DNA of 32,000 bases from Acaryochloris thomasi RCC1774. GTDB taxonomy: Bacteria; Cyanobacteriota; Cyanobacteriia; Thermosynechococcales; Thermosynechococcaceae. Made by a program: the position numbers and the translations under genes. A model generated the notes under the pieces. The model ran no database searches, was not told the DNA's origin, and saw nothing but the letters and a program-made list of their open reading frames with translations. Location of the stretch: assembly GCF_003231495.1 (NCBI RefSeq), contig NZ_PQWO01000004.1:90001-122000 (forward strand). The letters run 5' to 3'. Positions 8,295-17,008 of the stretch are shown piece by piece (position 1 is the first letter of the stretch; each line of letters starts with the position of its first letter).

Positions 8295-8762
8295 TAGAAT
8301 TCCTTAGTTTTATGGCTAACTATGTTTAGGAGGCAAATCGCCTCCTATCACGAACTTGACTGATAGCTTCTGTACCTCTAAAGCCAAGCCGTCACAAGCA
8401 TAGCAGTTGTACACAAAGATCTGTTTTCCAGAAATTTGCCGAGATGCAAATGAAAAATCGATTGCTCGTGAGCAAGTCTAGACAGGTATCTCAGCAGAAA
8501 ACTCATGAGTTATCCAAGGGCCCTATCAGGCAAACCTCCGGTCTATATTCTCCTGTCGGGCGTTATCAGGCGTTTCACCACCCAACCCATCAATGCTTGT
8601 TAACTCAGTATTCTGAAAGCAAGCAGTCTAAAAATTAGCTCTCTTGAGATGAAAATCAATAAGTCATGCATCGGTAAGAGCAGGATTGGAGCAATCACCG
8701 CCAAGATATTCTACGTCTCCATAATCCTCTAAATAACAGGTTAGTGATTCAGACTTTTTCTC
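8295..8762 (-). other. 468-nt ORF-poor leader between mnmE and the RT; candidate RT-associated ncRNA and promoter region (hypothesis)
   Basis: No convincing CDS on either strand.
Small hairpins, palindromes and repeats:
- hairpins at 8328-8346, 8434-8451 and 8462-8475
- palindrome at 8501-8510
- nested hairpin at 8595-8624
- 8-nt direct repeat TATCAGGC at 8524 and 8564
Known DRT2, DRT9 and retron systems place their ncRNA immediately upstream of the RT. Confidence 0.25.
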
Positions 8763-10136
8763 TTACTTTCCAATACAGAAGCGGCTAAAAATACGCTCCA
8801 AAACTGATTCGGTGGCTTCCTCCCCTGTGATTTCGCCCAAAGCATGAATAGCTCCACGTAGATCAATCGTCCAGAAGTCGAGGGGGAGCTGATCTGCGAT
8901 CGCAACCAACACAAACTCCAAAGATCCCTTCGCCTCAGTCAGCGCTGCCGCCTGCCGCTGATTGATGGCAACATCTAGATCCGCCGCCTGCAAACCGGCT
9001 TGAGTAATAGCGAGAATAGCCTGCTCTAAATCTTCAATCCCTTGTTGCTGGGCGGCCACTGTGGTTACAACTTGGGTAATAGCTGCCGGATAGTGAACCT
9101 GATCGGCATCGGCAAGATCGACTTTATTGATCACCAACACGAGCGGGCGATCTTGGACGGTTTCGTAGAGCTGCTGATCGGCCTCGGTCCAGCCGGATTC
9201 AGCATCCATCGTGAGTAAAATTAGGTCGGCGCTTTGGGCTGCAGTTTGCGATCGCAACACCCCAATCTGCTCCACTGGGTCCAAAGTCTCCCGAATTCCA
9301 GCAGTATCCAAAACCTGCACCGGAATGCCCCCGACCACCAATTGCGACTCCACCACATCTCGCGTGGTCCCCGGCAGCTCAGTGACAATAGCGCGATCGC
9401 TCCGACTCCAGGCATTGAGCAAACTCGATTTACCCACGTTGGGACGACCGACAATCGCCACTTTTAACCCTGACCGCAGTAGCTCTCCCTGGTCGGCAGT
9501 GCCTAAAATGCGCTTCAGTTCGGTGGCAATCTGCCTCAGTTCTGCCTGTACCTGTGCCTCATCAAGGGGTGGCAAATCATCTTCAAAATCAATGCGGGCC
9601 TCGATTTCAGCCAGCACATCTAAGCAGGACTGCCGCAACTGACGAATCGGCTGCGCTAATTTTCCCTGTAGTCCGGCTAAAGCGGTCTGGGCCGCTTGTG
9701 GTGACTGTGCGCCAACGAGATCAGCAATGCTTTCCGCTTGGGTCAGATCAAGACGGCCATTCAAGAAGGCTCGGAGAGTAAATTCTCCTGGTTGTGCTAA
9801 CTTTGCTCCGGCTTGAATGCAGGCCTGCAAAACTTGCTGCACAGCAATGATGCCGCCGTGACAGTGGAACTCAACCACATCTTCGCGGGTGTAGGAGCGA
9901 GGTGCCAGCATCAATAGCAGAAGGGCTTCATCGATGATTTGCCCCTCAGAGTCTTGGATGTGCCCGTAGAGGATGTGGTGGCTCTCCCATTTTTGGTGAC
10001 CAGGGGCGTGGAAGAGGTGGGTTGCGATCGCAACTGCCTCCGGCCCCGACAACCGCACGACCCCAATACTGCCCTGCTGGGGAACGATAGCGGTAGCAAT
10101 GGCGACAATGGTGGTAGTGGAGGTTGCAGATGGCAC
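8763..10136 (-). CDS. mnmE: tRNA uridine-5-carboxymethylaminomethyl modification GTPase MnmE (TrmE)
   Basis: [24 protein letters not shown]-terminus, G-domain motifs [15 protein letters not shown] and NKVD, and C-terminal FCIGK. The track ORF extends to 10277, but that extension is non-conserved and overlaps the divergent YkuD gene. GTG at 10136..10134 gives a typical length of about 457 aa. The start is uncertain. Confidence 0.9.
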   Translation of the reverse strand: MPSATSTTTIVAIATAIVPQQGSIGVVRLSGPEAVAIATHLFHAPGHQKWESHHILYGHIQDSEGQIIDEALLLLMLAPRSYTREDVVEFHCHGGIIAVQQVLQACIQAGAKLAQPGEFTLRAFLNGRLDLTQAESIADLVGAQSPQAAQTALAGLQGKLAQPIRQLRQSCLDVLAEIEARIDFEDDLPPLDEAQVQAELRQIATELKRILGTADQGELLRSGLKVAIVGRPNVGKSSLLNAWSRSDRAIVTELPGTTRDVVESQLVVGGIPVQVLDTAGIRETLDPVEQIGVLRSQTAAQSADLILLTMDAESGWTEADQQLYETVQDRPLVLVINKVDLADADQVHYPAAITQVVTTVAAQQQGIEDLEQAILAITQAGLQAADLDVAINQRQAAALTEAKGSLEFVLVAIADQLPLDFWTIDLRGAIHALGEITGEEATESVLERIFSRFCIGK

Positions 10137-10801
10137 AGCGGAAGATTGTGGTGGGGGTACTGATCCTATCGGGAGCAGCCGGATTGTATGGGGTATTGAG
10201 TCGCTTGGGCTACGTGACGCCCGTTTCGGCTCTCCCCAGTGTATTGTGTTTCGATGGCTGTCTGTCTGCAGAGGCAATGCATAAGCTACCGGCAGAGAAA
10301 GGACTTTTGAACGGCGATGCAGCTCTTACAAGTTTGCTCGGGACAGATACTCCCAATAAACAGAATATTTCGGTGCTGATTGAAAAGGCCAAATATCGAC
10401 TGACTATCTACGACGATCGCCAGCCCATCAAGTCCTATCCGATTGTGTTGGGGTCAGCGCCGACGGGGGACAAGCTGAGAGAGGGCGATCGCAAAACCCC
10501 TGAGGGTATCTTTCGGATCCGCGATCTGTATCCCCACGAGAGTTGGTCGAAGTTTCTGTGGCTCGACTATCCCAACAAAACCTCATGGCGTAAGCATCTA
10601 GCGGCCAAGCGATCAGGCAAGTTAGATTTGTCCGCTACGATTGGCGGTGAGGTTGGTATTCACGGTGTACCAGAAGGCAACGATGCCTGGATTGATGCTC
10701 GGCAGAACTGGACCTGGGGCTGTCCTTCGCTGAAGAATAAGGATATTGATGAAATATACAACGTTGTACAAGTCGGCACTGTCGTTGAGATTGTGCCCTA
10801 G
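10124..10801 (+). CDS. L,D-transpeptidase (YkuD domain) with N-terminal membrane anchor
   Basis: 225-aa ORF with a TM segment ([18 protein letters not shown]). YkuD pattern: [19 protein letters not shown]...[10 protein letters not shown]...IHG...WTWGCPSL (catalytic H...GC). Confidence 0.8.
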   Translation: MQMAQRKIVVGVLILSGAAGLYGVLSRLGYVTPVSALPSVLCFDGCLSAEAMHKLPAEKGLLNGDAALTSLLGTDTPNKQNISVLIEKAKYRLTIYDDRQPIKSYPIVLGSAPTGDKLREGDRKTPEGIFRIRDLYPHESWSKFLWLDYPNKTSWRKHLAAKRSGKLDLSATIGGEVGIHGVPEGNDAWIDARQNWTWGCPSLKNKDIDEIYNVVQVGTVVEIVP

Positions 10802-11090
10802 AGGCTTAGTTAGGGGAAAATTTAAATACCAAAGAAAATAGAGGACGCTTTATACGCTGTAGATATTAAACGTCAACTTATGCCCTTGAGCGTATATTTA
10901 ACTTTTGAAGAACGGTAGTCCTCATCAAAAGTTGAGACCGTAATCAGGCTCTGAGAAGTCTTGCGTTGAACTGGGTACAACAAACCTCATGAAAGCAGTG
11001 AAATCTCAAAATTCACCCTGCTGGCTGAGATTGCCACCTCGCTTTAAGGTGAAACCCTGACGTCAAAAAATGACGACTGCAAGGCAATTA

Positions 11091-12204
11091 TTACTCTGCG
11101 GTCATCTGGGTCTCCTGCCGGAGGTAGGCTTCGATAAAGGGGTCTAGAGCACCATCCATGACGTTCTCAACGGCGGTCGTTTCTTCATTCGTGCGCAAAT
11201 CTTTGACCATTTGGTAAGGATGAAAGACATAGTTGCGAATTTGGCTGCCCCAAGCCGCTTCCACCATGTCTCCGCGAATGTCGGCGATCTCTTGGGCCTT
11301 TTGTTCTTGGGCAATGATCAATAGTTTGGCTTTGAGCAACGCGAGGGCTTTCTCTTTGTTCTGGAGTTGCGATCGCTCCTGCGTACACCGCACCGCCAAG
11401 CCTGTTGGTAGATGAACAATCCTCACCGCCGTCTCCACCTTGTTGACGTTTTGTCCTCCCTTGCCGCCAGAAAGCGAAGTGGTAATCTCTAGATCTTTAT
11501 CGGGGAGATCTACCTGTACCTTTTCATCAATCTGGGGCATAATCTCGACCCCAGCAAAGCTTGTCTGGCGTTTGCCGTTGGCGTTAAAGGGCGAAATGCG
11601 GACTAATCGATGGGTTCCCTTCTCCGATTTTAGATAGCCGTAGGCGTAGCGACCGCTAATCTCTAGCGTGGCAGATTTGAGGCCGGCCTCGTCTCCCTCA
11701 GAGATCTCTGCGAGCTGCACCTTGTAGCCTTGGCGCTCAGCCCAGCGAGTATACATGCGTAGCAGCATCTCAGCCCAGTCTTGGGCATCCGTCCCACCTG
11801 CGCCAGCATTGAGGGTGAGAATAGCCCCATTCTGATCGTAAGGACCGGCTAACAGACGCTGTAGCTCCCACTGGTCGAGCTGTTGGCCGAGTGTTGTCAG
11901 ATCAGACTCGGCCTCGTCAAGGAGTGCCTGATCCGTTTCCAGTTCCAGGAGCTCTAAAACAGCTCTGGAATCTTCTAAAGTGTCCTGCCACTGCTGGAGC
12001 TGGTCAATACTAGCCTTGAGATCATTGAGATTCTGGAGTGTTTTCTGAGCGCTATCTTGGTCATCCCAAAAATCAGGCTGGGCTGCAAGCTGTTCTAGAT
12101 CAGCAATTTGAGCATTCAGGGCAGGTAGGTCAAAGATAGTCCTGGGTTTTACCCAGGCGATCAGAGAGTGTCGCGATCTCGCGTTTAAGATCTAAGGCTT
12201 CCAT
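11091..12204 (-). CDS. prfB: peptide chain release factor 2, requires programmed +1 ribosomal frameshift
   Basis: The track ORF 11091..11768 holds the C-terminal part, with SPF (RISPFNA) and GGQ ([15 protein letters not shown]). Hand translation from ATG 12204..12202 gives [24 protein letters not shown], then in-frame TGA at 12132..12130. Shifting +1 (skipping T 12132) reads [14 protein letters not shown]... in frame with 11768. Total is about 370 aa. Confidence 0.9.
12129..12135 (-). promoter_or_regulatory. RF2 autoregulatory +1 frameshift site CTT TGA C
   Basis: The minus-strand sequence ACCCAGGACTATCTTTGAC matches the canonical prfB shift site (CUU UGA C), with a weak SD-like AGGA a few nt upstream. 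Confidence 0.85.
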
Positions 12205-12375
12205 TGGCGAAGGCAGTCCATCAACAATTTTTTGATTGTAGCGGACACAACTGTCCCAATTTTTGCCACAATTGTTTGTAACATTTGTTTAAATAGTTAT
12301 CAGCTTAACAACAGATGCCATTCTTAACGACTGTTAAGCTCGCGACTAGTCCTCTACTCCTTTCCCATCTTGGGT

Positions 12376-14442
12376 ATGAAAGAACTCTCCTATCTCGAAA
12401 TTCCGACCCCAGATACTGCTGCCGTGAAGACTTGGCTGCAGCAGTCTTTTGAGCCAGCCGGACTGAAAATTTCAACTTCTGCAGGCTGTCGGATTCGAGA
12501 CCTTGATGGCTCTGGAGAGTTAGCTATTGTGGCTTGGTCCCTGCAGCGCACCACTTATCTCAAGGTTTTTCGCTGGAGTCAGCAGCCTGTGAAGCAGGAG
12601 ATGCGACTGCTTAAGCAGCTTGAAAAAGAGCTGCGGGCAGACTTCCCGTATCGATATCCAGAACTGCCAACCTTTGATAGAGAGCAGACTTCTATCTTTG
12701 AGGCGTTGGCAACGGATTACCCTGAAACCGTCAAGTATTTTCAGCGGATGCCGAATGGGGAGTATGACCTCACCCGCGCCTATTGGTGGGAGCAGCGCTG
12801 GAAAGAGGGAGTGCGCCAGCCCCAGACGCCTCGCCAGATTGTGTTCTCGCATCGAACGGCTGCGGAATTTCCTGATGCACCTGCCTATGATCTGATTTAT
12901 TTGGGCGGCGCTTTAGGCGTTGTTCATGCTGCCGTGATGGCGCGTTTAGGGTACCGTGTTTTGCTGATTGAGCGATTGCCCTTTGGTCGTATGAATCGAG
13001 AGTGGAATATTTCTCGCAATGAGTTTCAGAGTCTTTTAGATTTAGGGTTGTTTACGCAGGCTGAGTTTGAAAGCTTGATTGCCCGTGAGTATCGTGACGG
13101 GTTCCATAAGTTTTTTGATGGCAATAATCCTGATCACTTGAAGTCTTCGGTGTTGACAACGCCAACGGTACTCAATATTGCCCTCGATTCTGAGAAGTTA
13201 CTCCGCCTGTGTGGTGAAAAGCTCCGCAAAGCGGGCGGTGAGATTTGGGATCAAACCGAGTTCACGCGGGCTGATGTGACGCCCAAGGGTGTGACCTGTA
13301 CAGTAACTGAACTGCAGACTGGCCAAGAGAAGCAGGTGACGGGGCGATTCCTCGTGGATGCGATGGGTACGGCTTCCCCAATTGCGTGGCAGCTTAATGG
13401 TGGTCGCTCTTTTGATAGCGTGTGTCCGACGGTGGGGGCTGTTCTCAAGGGACTCAATCAAGAAGTCTGGGACTCTGAATATGGCGATGTTCTGAACAGT
13501 CATGGCGATATTTCGCGTGGGCGTCAGCTCATCTGGGAACTCTTCCCGGCCGCGAATGATGAGCTGACGATTTATTTATTCCACTATCATCAGGTACATC
13601 CTGATAATCCAGGGTCACTGCTGGAGATGTTTGAGGATTTTTTCACAATTTTGCCGGAGTATCGTCGCTGTGATCTGGACGACCTCACCTGGATTAAGCC
13701 AACTTTTGGATATATTCCCGGTCATTTTAGTGGCGATAGTCGCGATCGCAACATTGCCTTCGACCGCCTCGTCGCCATCGGCGACTCTGCCTCTCTACAG
13801 TCCCCCTTGATCTTTACCGGATTTGGATCCCTAGTTCGTAATTTGCCGCGCCTGACGGACCTACTGAACACTGCTCTCCGTCACGATCTCTGGCAGGCCA
13901 AACACCTAGAGCAGATTCGCGCCTATCAGAGCAACATCGCCGTCACCTGGTTATTCTCGCGAGGCATGATGGTGCCGACTGGTAGACATCTGCCACCCGC
14001 ACGAATTAACTCAATGCTCAACACGTTTTTTGAAATACTGGCCCAGGAATCACAACCTCAGGCCGAGGCCTTTATCAAAGATCGGTTTGGTTGGCTACCG
14101 CTCAATAAAATGGCCCTCAAAGCTGCCTGGATGAACCCGATCCTGCTGTTCTGGATTTGGTCAGTTGTGGGTGCCCGTGACTTTCTGCGCTGGATGGGCA
14201 GCTACTGGAGCTTTACTGTTGCTAGCCTATTGAATACTCTCTTGCGTACCTGGTTTCCGCAGTTCGTACGGCGAGTGCAGCCCTGGGTTGAGAATCGAGT
14301 ACCCACGCTGTGGCTGTGGCTGTTGGCCCGCAGCTACGCTGTGACCTATTCTGTCGGACAGCCGAGGGTTGAGCAGTCGCTTCAGCCCGAAATTACCTGT
14401 ACAGAGACAAAGCCGCTGGTGGCCGAGTCTCGCTCTTCGTAG
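12376..14442 (+). CDS. FAD/NAD(P)-binding oxidoreductase-like protein (lycopene cyclase/GG-reductase-like fold) with extra N-terminal domain and hydrophobic C-terminus
   Basis: Dinucleotide-binding motif YDLIYLGGALGVVHAAVMARLGYRVLLIER at about residue 170, and a later GD motif (LVAIGDSAS). The C-terminal part has hydrophobic Trp-rich segments. ATG at 12376 is preferred over the TTG at 12370 used by the track. Precise function is unknown. Confidence 0.6.
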   Translation: MKELSYLEIPTPDTAAVKTWLQQSFEPAGLKISTSAGCRIRDLDGSGELAIVAWSLQRTTYLKVFRWSQQPVKQEMRLLKQLEKELRADFPYRYPELPTFDREQTSIFEALATDYPETVKYFQRMPNGEYDLTRAYWWEQRWKEGVRQPQTPRQIVFSHRTAAEFPDAPAYDLIYLGGALGVVHAAVMARLGYRVLLIERLPFGRMNREWNISRNEFQSLLDLGLFTQAEFESLIAREYRDGFHKFFDGNNPDHLKSSVLTTPTVLNIALDSEKLLRLCGEKLRKAGGEIWDQTEFTRADVTPKGVTCTVTELQTGQEKQVTGRFLVDAMGTASPIAWQLNGGRSFDSVCPTVGAVLKGLNQEVWDSEYGDVLNSHGDISRGRQLIWELFPAANDELTIYLFHYHQVHPDNPGSLLEMFEDFFTILPEYRRCDLDDLTWIKPTFGYIPGHFSGDSRDRNIAFDRLVAIGDSASLQSPLIFTGFGSLVRNLPRLTDLLNTALRHDLWQAKHLEQIRAYQSNIAVTWLFSRGMMVPTGRHLPPARINSMLNTFFEILAQESQPQAEAFIKDRFGWLPLNKMALKAAWMNPILLFWIWSVVGARDFLRWMGSYWSFTVASLLNTLLRTWFPQFVRRVQPWVENRVPTLWLWLLARSYAVTYSVGQPRVEQSLQPEITCTETKPLVAESRSS

Positions 14443-14443
14443 G

Positions 14444-14995
14444 ATGGGCAAACGCGCTGGCCCTGTTCTACTGTTTCTGCTTCTGTTTATTTGGCCACCG
14501 CTGATGGCATTCTTACTCACTTGGGTGGGGATGGCGACGGGATGTGAGGTGACGGGAGAGGCTCACTGTTCTGTTGCGGGGCTAGACATTGGCTGGGCCA
14601 TTGAAGGACTGCTAAATATCACTTGGGATTTCCCGCTGTTTGGTTTTTTCCCAGTGTTGTGGCTGGTCGTTGTCATCGTGAGCTTGAGTGTTATTCACCA
14701 TCGCTTGCGAGGATGCGCCCGTCCATTTTTGGGAATATTGAGCATCTGGTTTCTTCCAGTGGCACCCAGTCTCCTCGGCTACTTTTATGTGGCGCGTCTG
14801 GCTGAGTTAGGTGAGTGTCAGATTGGCCAACAAGGCGTGAATGATTGCTGGGTCTTTGGCGTCAATATGGGGGATGTTTTTGCGACAGCTACGCTGGTGC
14901 CTTGGTTTGCTGTGGCTGTGGTGCCAGCTAGTTTGGTGATTTCCTTGGTCTATTTAATGTTGACGTGGTTGGTGCAGCCTCGATGGTCTGGTTGA
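14444..14995 (+). CDS. multi-pass membrane protein, function unknown
   Basis: Several hydrophobic helices (PVLLFLLLFIWPPLMAFLLTWVG; FFPVLWLVVVIVSLSVI; ILSIWFLPVAPSLLGYFYV; VVPASLVISLVYLMLTWLV). ATG at 14444 lies 1 nt after the upstream TAG (TAGGATG), so I prefer it to the track start at 14369, which overlaps the upstream gene. Confidence 0.55.
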   Translation: MGKRAGPVLLFLLLFIWPPLMAFLLTWVGMATGCEVTGEAHCSVAGLDIGWAIEGLLNITWDFPLFGFFPVLWLVVVIVSLSVIHHRLRGCARPFLGILSIWFLPVAPSLLGYFYVARLAELGECQIGQQGVNDCWVFGVNMGDVFATATLVPWFAVAVVPASLVISLVYLMLTWLVQPRWSG

Positions 14996-15251
14996 GGGCA
15001 AAATCTGAAAAATTGTGTGGTCTCGTAGGGTGCCAAAATCTGAGGCTGTGCTCAAAATTTCTCAACGGTTATCTCAGGCTAGATTTCTCCGTTCAGTCTT
15101 CTGCAGGCGTGACCGGTCATCTCGTTCGGGGTACTCACAGACTCGATGTGATAACGAGAACTCAGCACGTAGAGGCTCGCCAAGAAGCAACAATAGTGTC
15201 TTTGAATAAAGTGCACTCATACCAGCTCACTCCATTTCACCGCTTTGGTCA

Positions 15252-17006
15252 TTATGTTGTGTTGTTAGTGAATTGTTGCTGTTGACTGAGCAATTGAGCG
15301 GCCCGAGTGCCGTTTAAAGGACCAGCAAGGAAATAGCCTTGGGCGTCATTACAGCCCACCTTTGCCAACGCCTGCAGTTGCTGATTGTTTTCTACACCCT
15401 TTGCACTGACCTTGATCTTTAGCTCATGGGCTAGTTGGATAATCAGACCTACAGCAGTCTGATATTGTGGCTGACTGTGCATCAAAGAAGTAAGACAGGA
15501 TGGCGCCAACTTCAACGTATTGAGTGGTAGCTGCTGTAACGCATTCATCGCTGCATAGCTACCGCTAAAGTCATCGACGCATAGCTGAACCCCTAGCGCT
15601 CTCAGCTGTTCTAGAACAAGGCGAGAACGAGTGAGATGCTTGAGCAAGACCTGCTCATGGAACTCCAACTGCAGGTGTTGGGGCTTGATATTCGTTTCTT
15701 TGAGAACTTGAGAAATTTGCTGTGCTAAATGCGGCTGTTTGAACTGGACCGCTGATACGTTGACGCTCACCGTTAGAAAAGCGTGCGTCACCTTACACCA
15801 CTGCTGAATGCGAAAACAGGCTTCACGCATCAGCCAGAGGTCAATGGCACTCATAAGCCCAATGGACTCTGCGACCGGTAGAAATTTTAAAGGGGCAATG
15901 GAGCCGCGCTGTGGATGGAACCAACGGACGAAAGCCTCAAAACCTTCGATTACTTCACCTTTAATGGTCAGAATTGGCTGGTAATGGATCTGGAGGTCCT
16001 GATCGCCTACGGCCTGGTACAGATCATTCTCAAGTTGAAACTGCCTCACGGCTTGGTGGTGCATGAATGGTTCAAATATGACCAGTTGTGCACCACCCAA
16101 AGTTTTTGCTTGCTCCATTGCTGTGTGAGCATCACGCCAAAGATCTTGAGCCTGCTTATACTCCTCACGGCTACGCGCCAAACCCATGTTGGCTGAGATA
16201 ACAACCTCTTGATTGTTGAAAGTAAACGGAGATTTCAGTACTGTTAAAATCCGATTAGACAGATGAGTGACCTGCTCAAAGCTGACCACATAGGGGAACA
16301 AAAGAGCGAACTCATTGCTGTCACAGCGCGCCAGTACAGTCTCTGGAATCAAATATTCTTTGATGCGCCAAGCAAACTGGACAAGTAGCTGCTCGCTAGC
16401 GACGTGCCCTAAACTGCTCGCCAGCAGATTAAACTGATCAATGGAAATCATGAGAATTGCTGACTGGCCAGCTTTATCCTGCCGACAGATCTCAAAAGCT
16501 TGCGTGAGCTGTAGAGAAAGATATGTTTGATTGGGTAACCCTGTTAAGGCATCGTAAAAAGTGCTGTTAACAAGCTCTTGGCTGTTCTGCCTCCGGTCTG
16601 ATGAATAACTGAGCGAATTCTCCCTCGCTTTCTGAATAAGAGCTCCCTTTTCGTTAGCGCTAGCTTCTTGGGCTGCAATTAAGAGCAGTTGCTTCGTACC
16701 CACCGCTAAGATTGACGCTTCCAGATATAGTGTCTCACCTGCTTGAGTTTGCTCTGACCACAGCCCTGATTTTGCAATCTGCTGAGCTGCATGAGGCCAT
16801 TGAGTCTCAACGTCGGTTAAGAAATACTCTAGAAATGGAAAAACTTCAGATAGACAAGTGCTAGGCTGGCCATTTAATAATTCTGGCTTGACATCCGCAA
16901 GCCAAGCTGGCATTTGACCTACACTCTTGAAGTTCCGATCTGTCACCTTCTCATAGGTTGCGATGCCAAGGGCTGCTAGTAGTTCCGAAGTAATGGGATG
17001 ACTCAT
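15252..17006 (-). CDS. GGDEF-EAL domain signalling protein, both signatures degenerate
   Basis: GGDEF-fold region DALTGLPNQTYL...LMISIDQFNLL...ARCDSNEFALLFP (GGDEF replaced by DSNEF). EAL-fold region HYQPIL...GFEAFVRW...SVNVS...LEFHE...VDDFSGSYAA (EAL becomes EAF, ELTE becomes EFHE, DDFGTG becomes DDFSGS). N-terminal sensor-like domain of about 130 aa. Confidence 0.8.
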   Translation of the reverse strand: MSHPITSELLAALGIATYEKVTDRNFKSVGQMPAWLADVKPELLNGQPSTCLSEVFPFLEYFLTDVETQWPHAAQQIAKSGLWSEQTQAGETLYLEASILAVGTKQLLLIAAQEASANEKGALIQKARENSLSYSSDRRQNSQELVNSTFYDALTGLPNQTYLSLQLTQAFEICRQDKAGQSAILMISIDQFNLLASSLGHVASEQLLVQFAWRIKEYLIPETVLARCDSNEFALLFPYVVSFEQVTHLSNRILTVLKSPFTFNNQEVVISANMGLARSREEYKQAQDLWRDAHTAMEQAKTLGGAQLVIFEPFMHHQAVRQFQLENDLYQAVGDQDLQIHYQPILTIKGEVIEGFEAFVRWFHPQRGSIAPLKFLPVAESIGLMSAIDLWLMREACFRIQQWCKVTHAFLTVSVNVSAVQFKQPHLAQQISQVLKETNIKPQHLQLEFHEQVLLKHLTRSRLVLEQLRALGVQLCVDDFSGSYAAMNALQQLPLNTLKLAPSCLTSLMHSQPQYQTAVGLIIQLAHELKIKVSAKGVENNQQLQALAKVGCNDAQGYFLAGPLNGTRAAQLLSQQQQFTNNTT

Positions 17007-17008
17007 AC

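Noticed and set aside
8444-8638. 64-aa plus-strand ORF inside the RT upstream spacer, and the idea of a DRT2-like never-ending (Neo) ORF
   Set aside because: The peptide is Gln/Ser/Lys-rich with no recognisable fold or RBS. The stop-free stretch in that frame is bounded by TGA at 8357 and TAG at 8636, only 93 codons. I found no repeat-junction logic that would remove the stops. It is kept only as something to re-examine if cDNA products are ever sequenced.
5700-8760. Prophage, transposon or integrative element interpretation of the AT-rich insert
   Set aside because: No integrase, transposase, terminal inverted repeats or convincing flanking direct repeats were found. I describe it only as a compositionally distinct accessory insert.
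9211-10163. Several plus-strand and alternative-frame ORFs (9211..9642, 9234..9467, 9554..9781, 9939..10163, 9221..9454, 9911..10108) overlapping mnmE
   Set aside because: They are antisense or out-of-frame shadows of a strongly supported, GC-rich conserved gene. Their translations are Arg/Ser/Pro-rich, typical of non-coding frames.
14369-14443. Longer start for the membrane protein (track ORF from 14369)
   Set aside because: It would overlap the preceding gene by 74 nt, and the extension is Arg/Ser/Pro-rich. ATG 14444, directly after the upstream stop, is more plausible.
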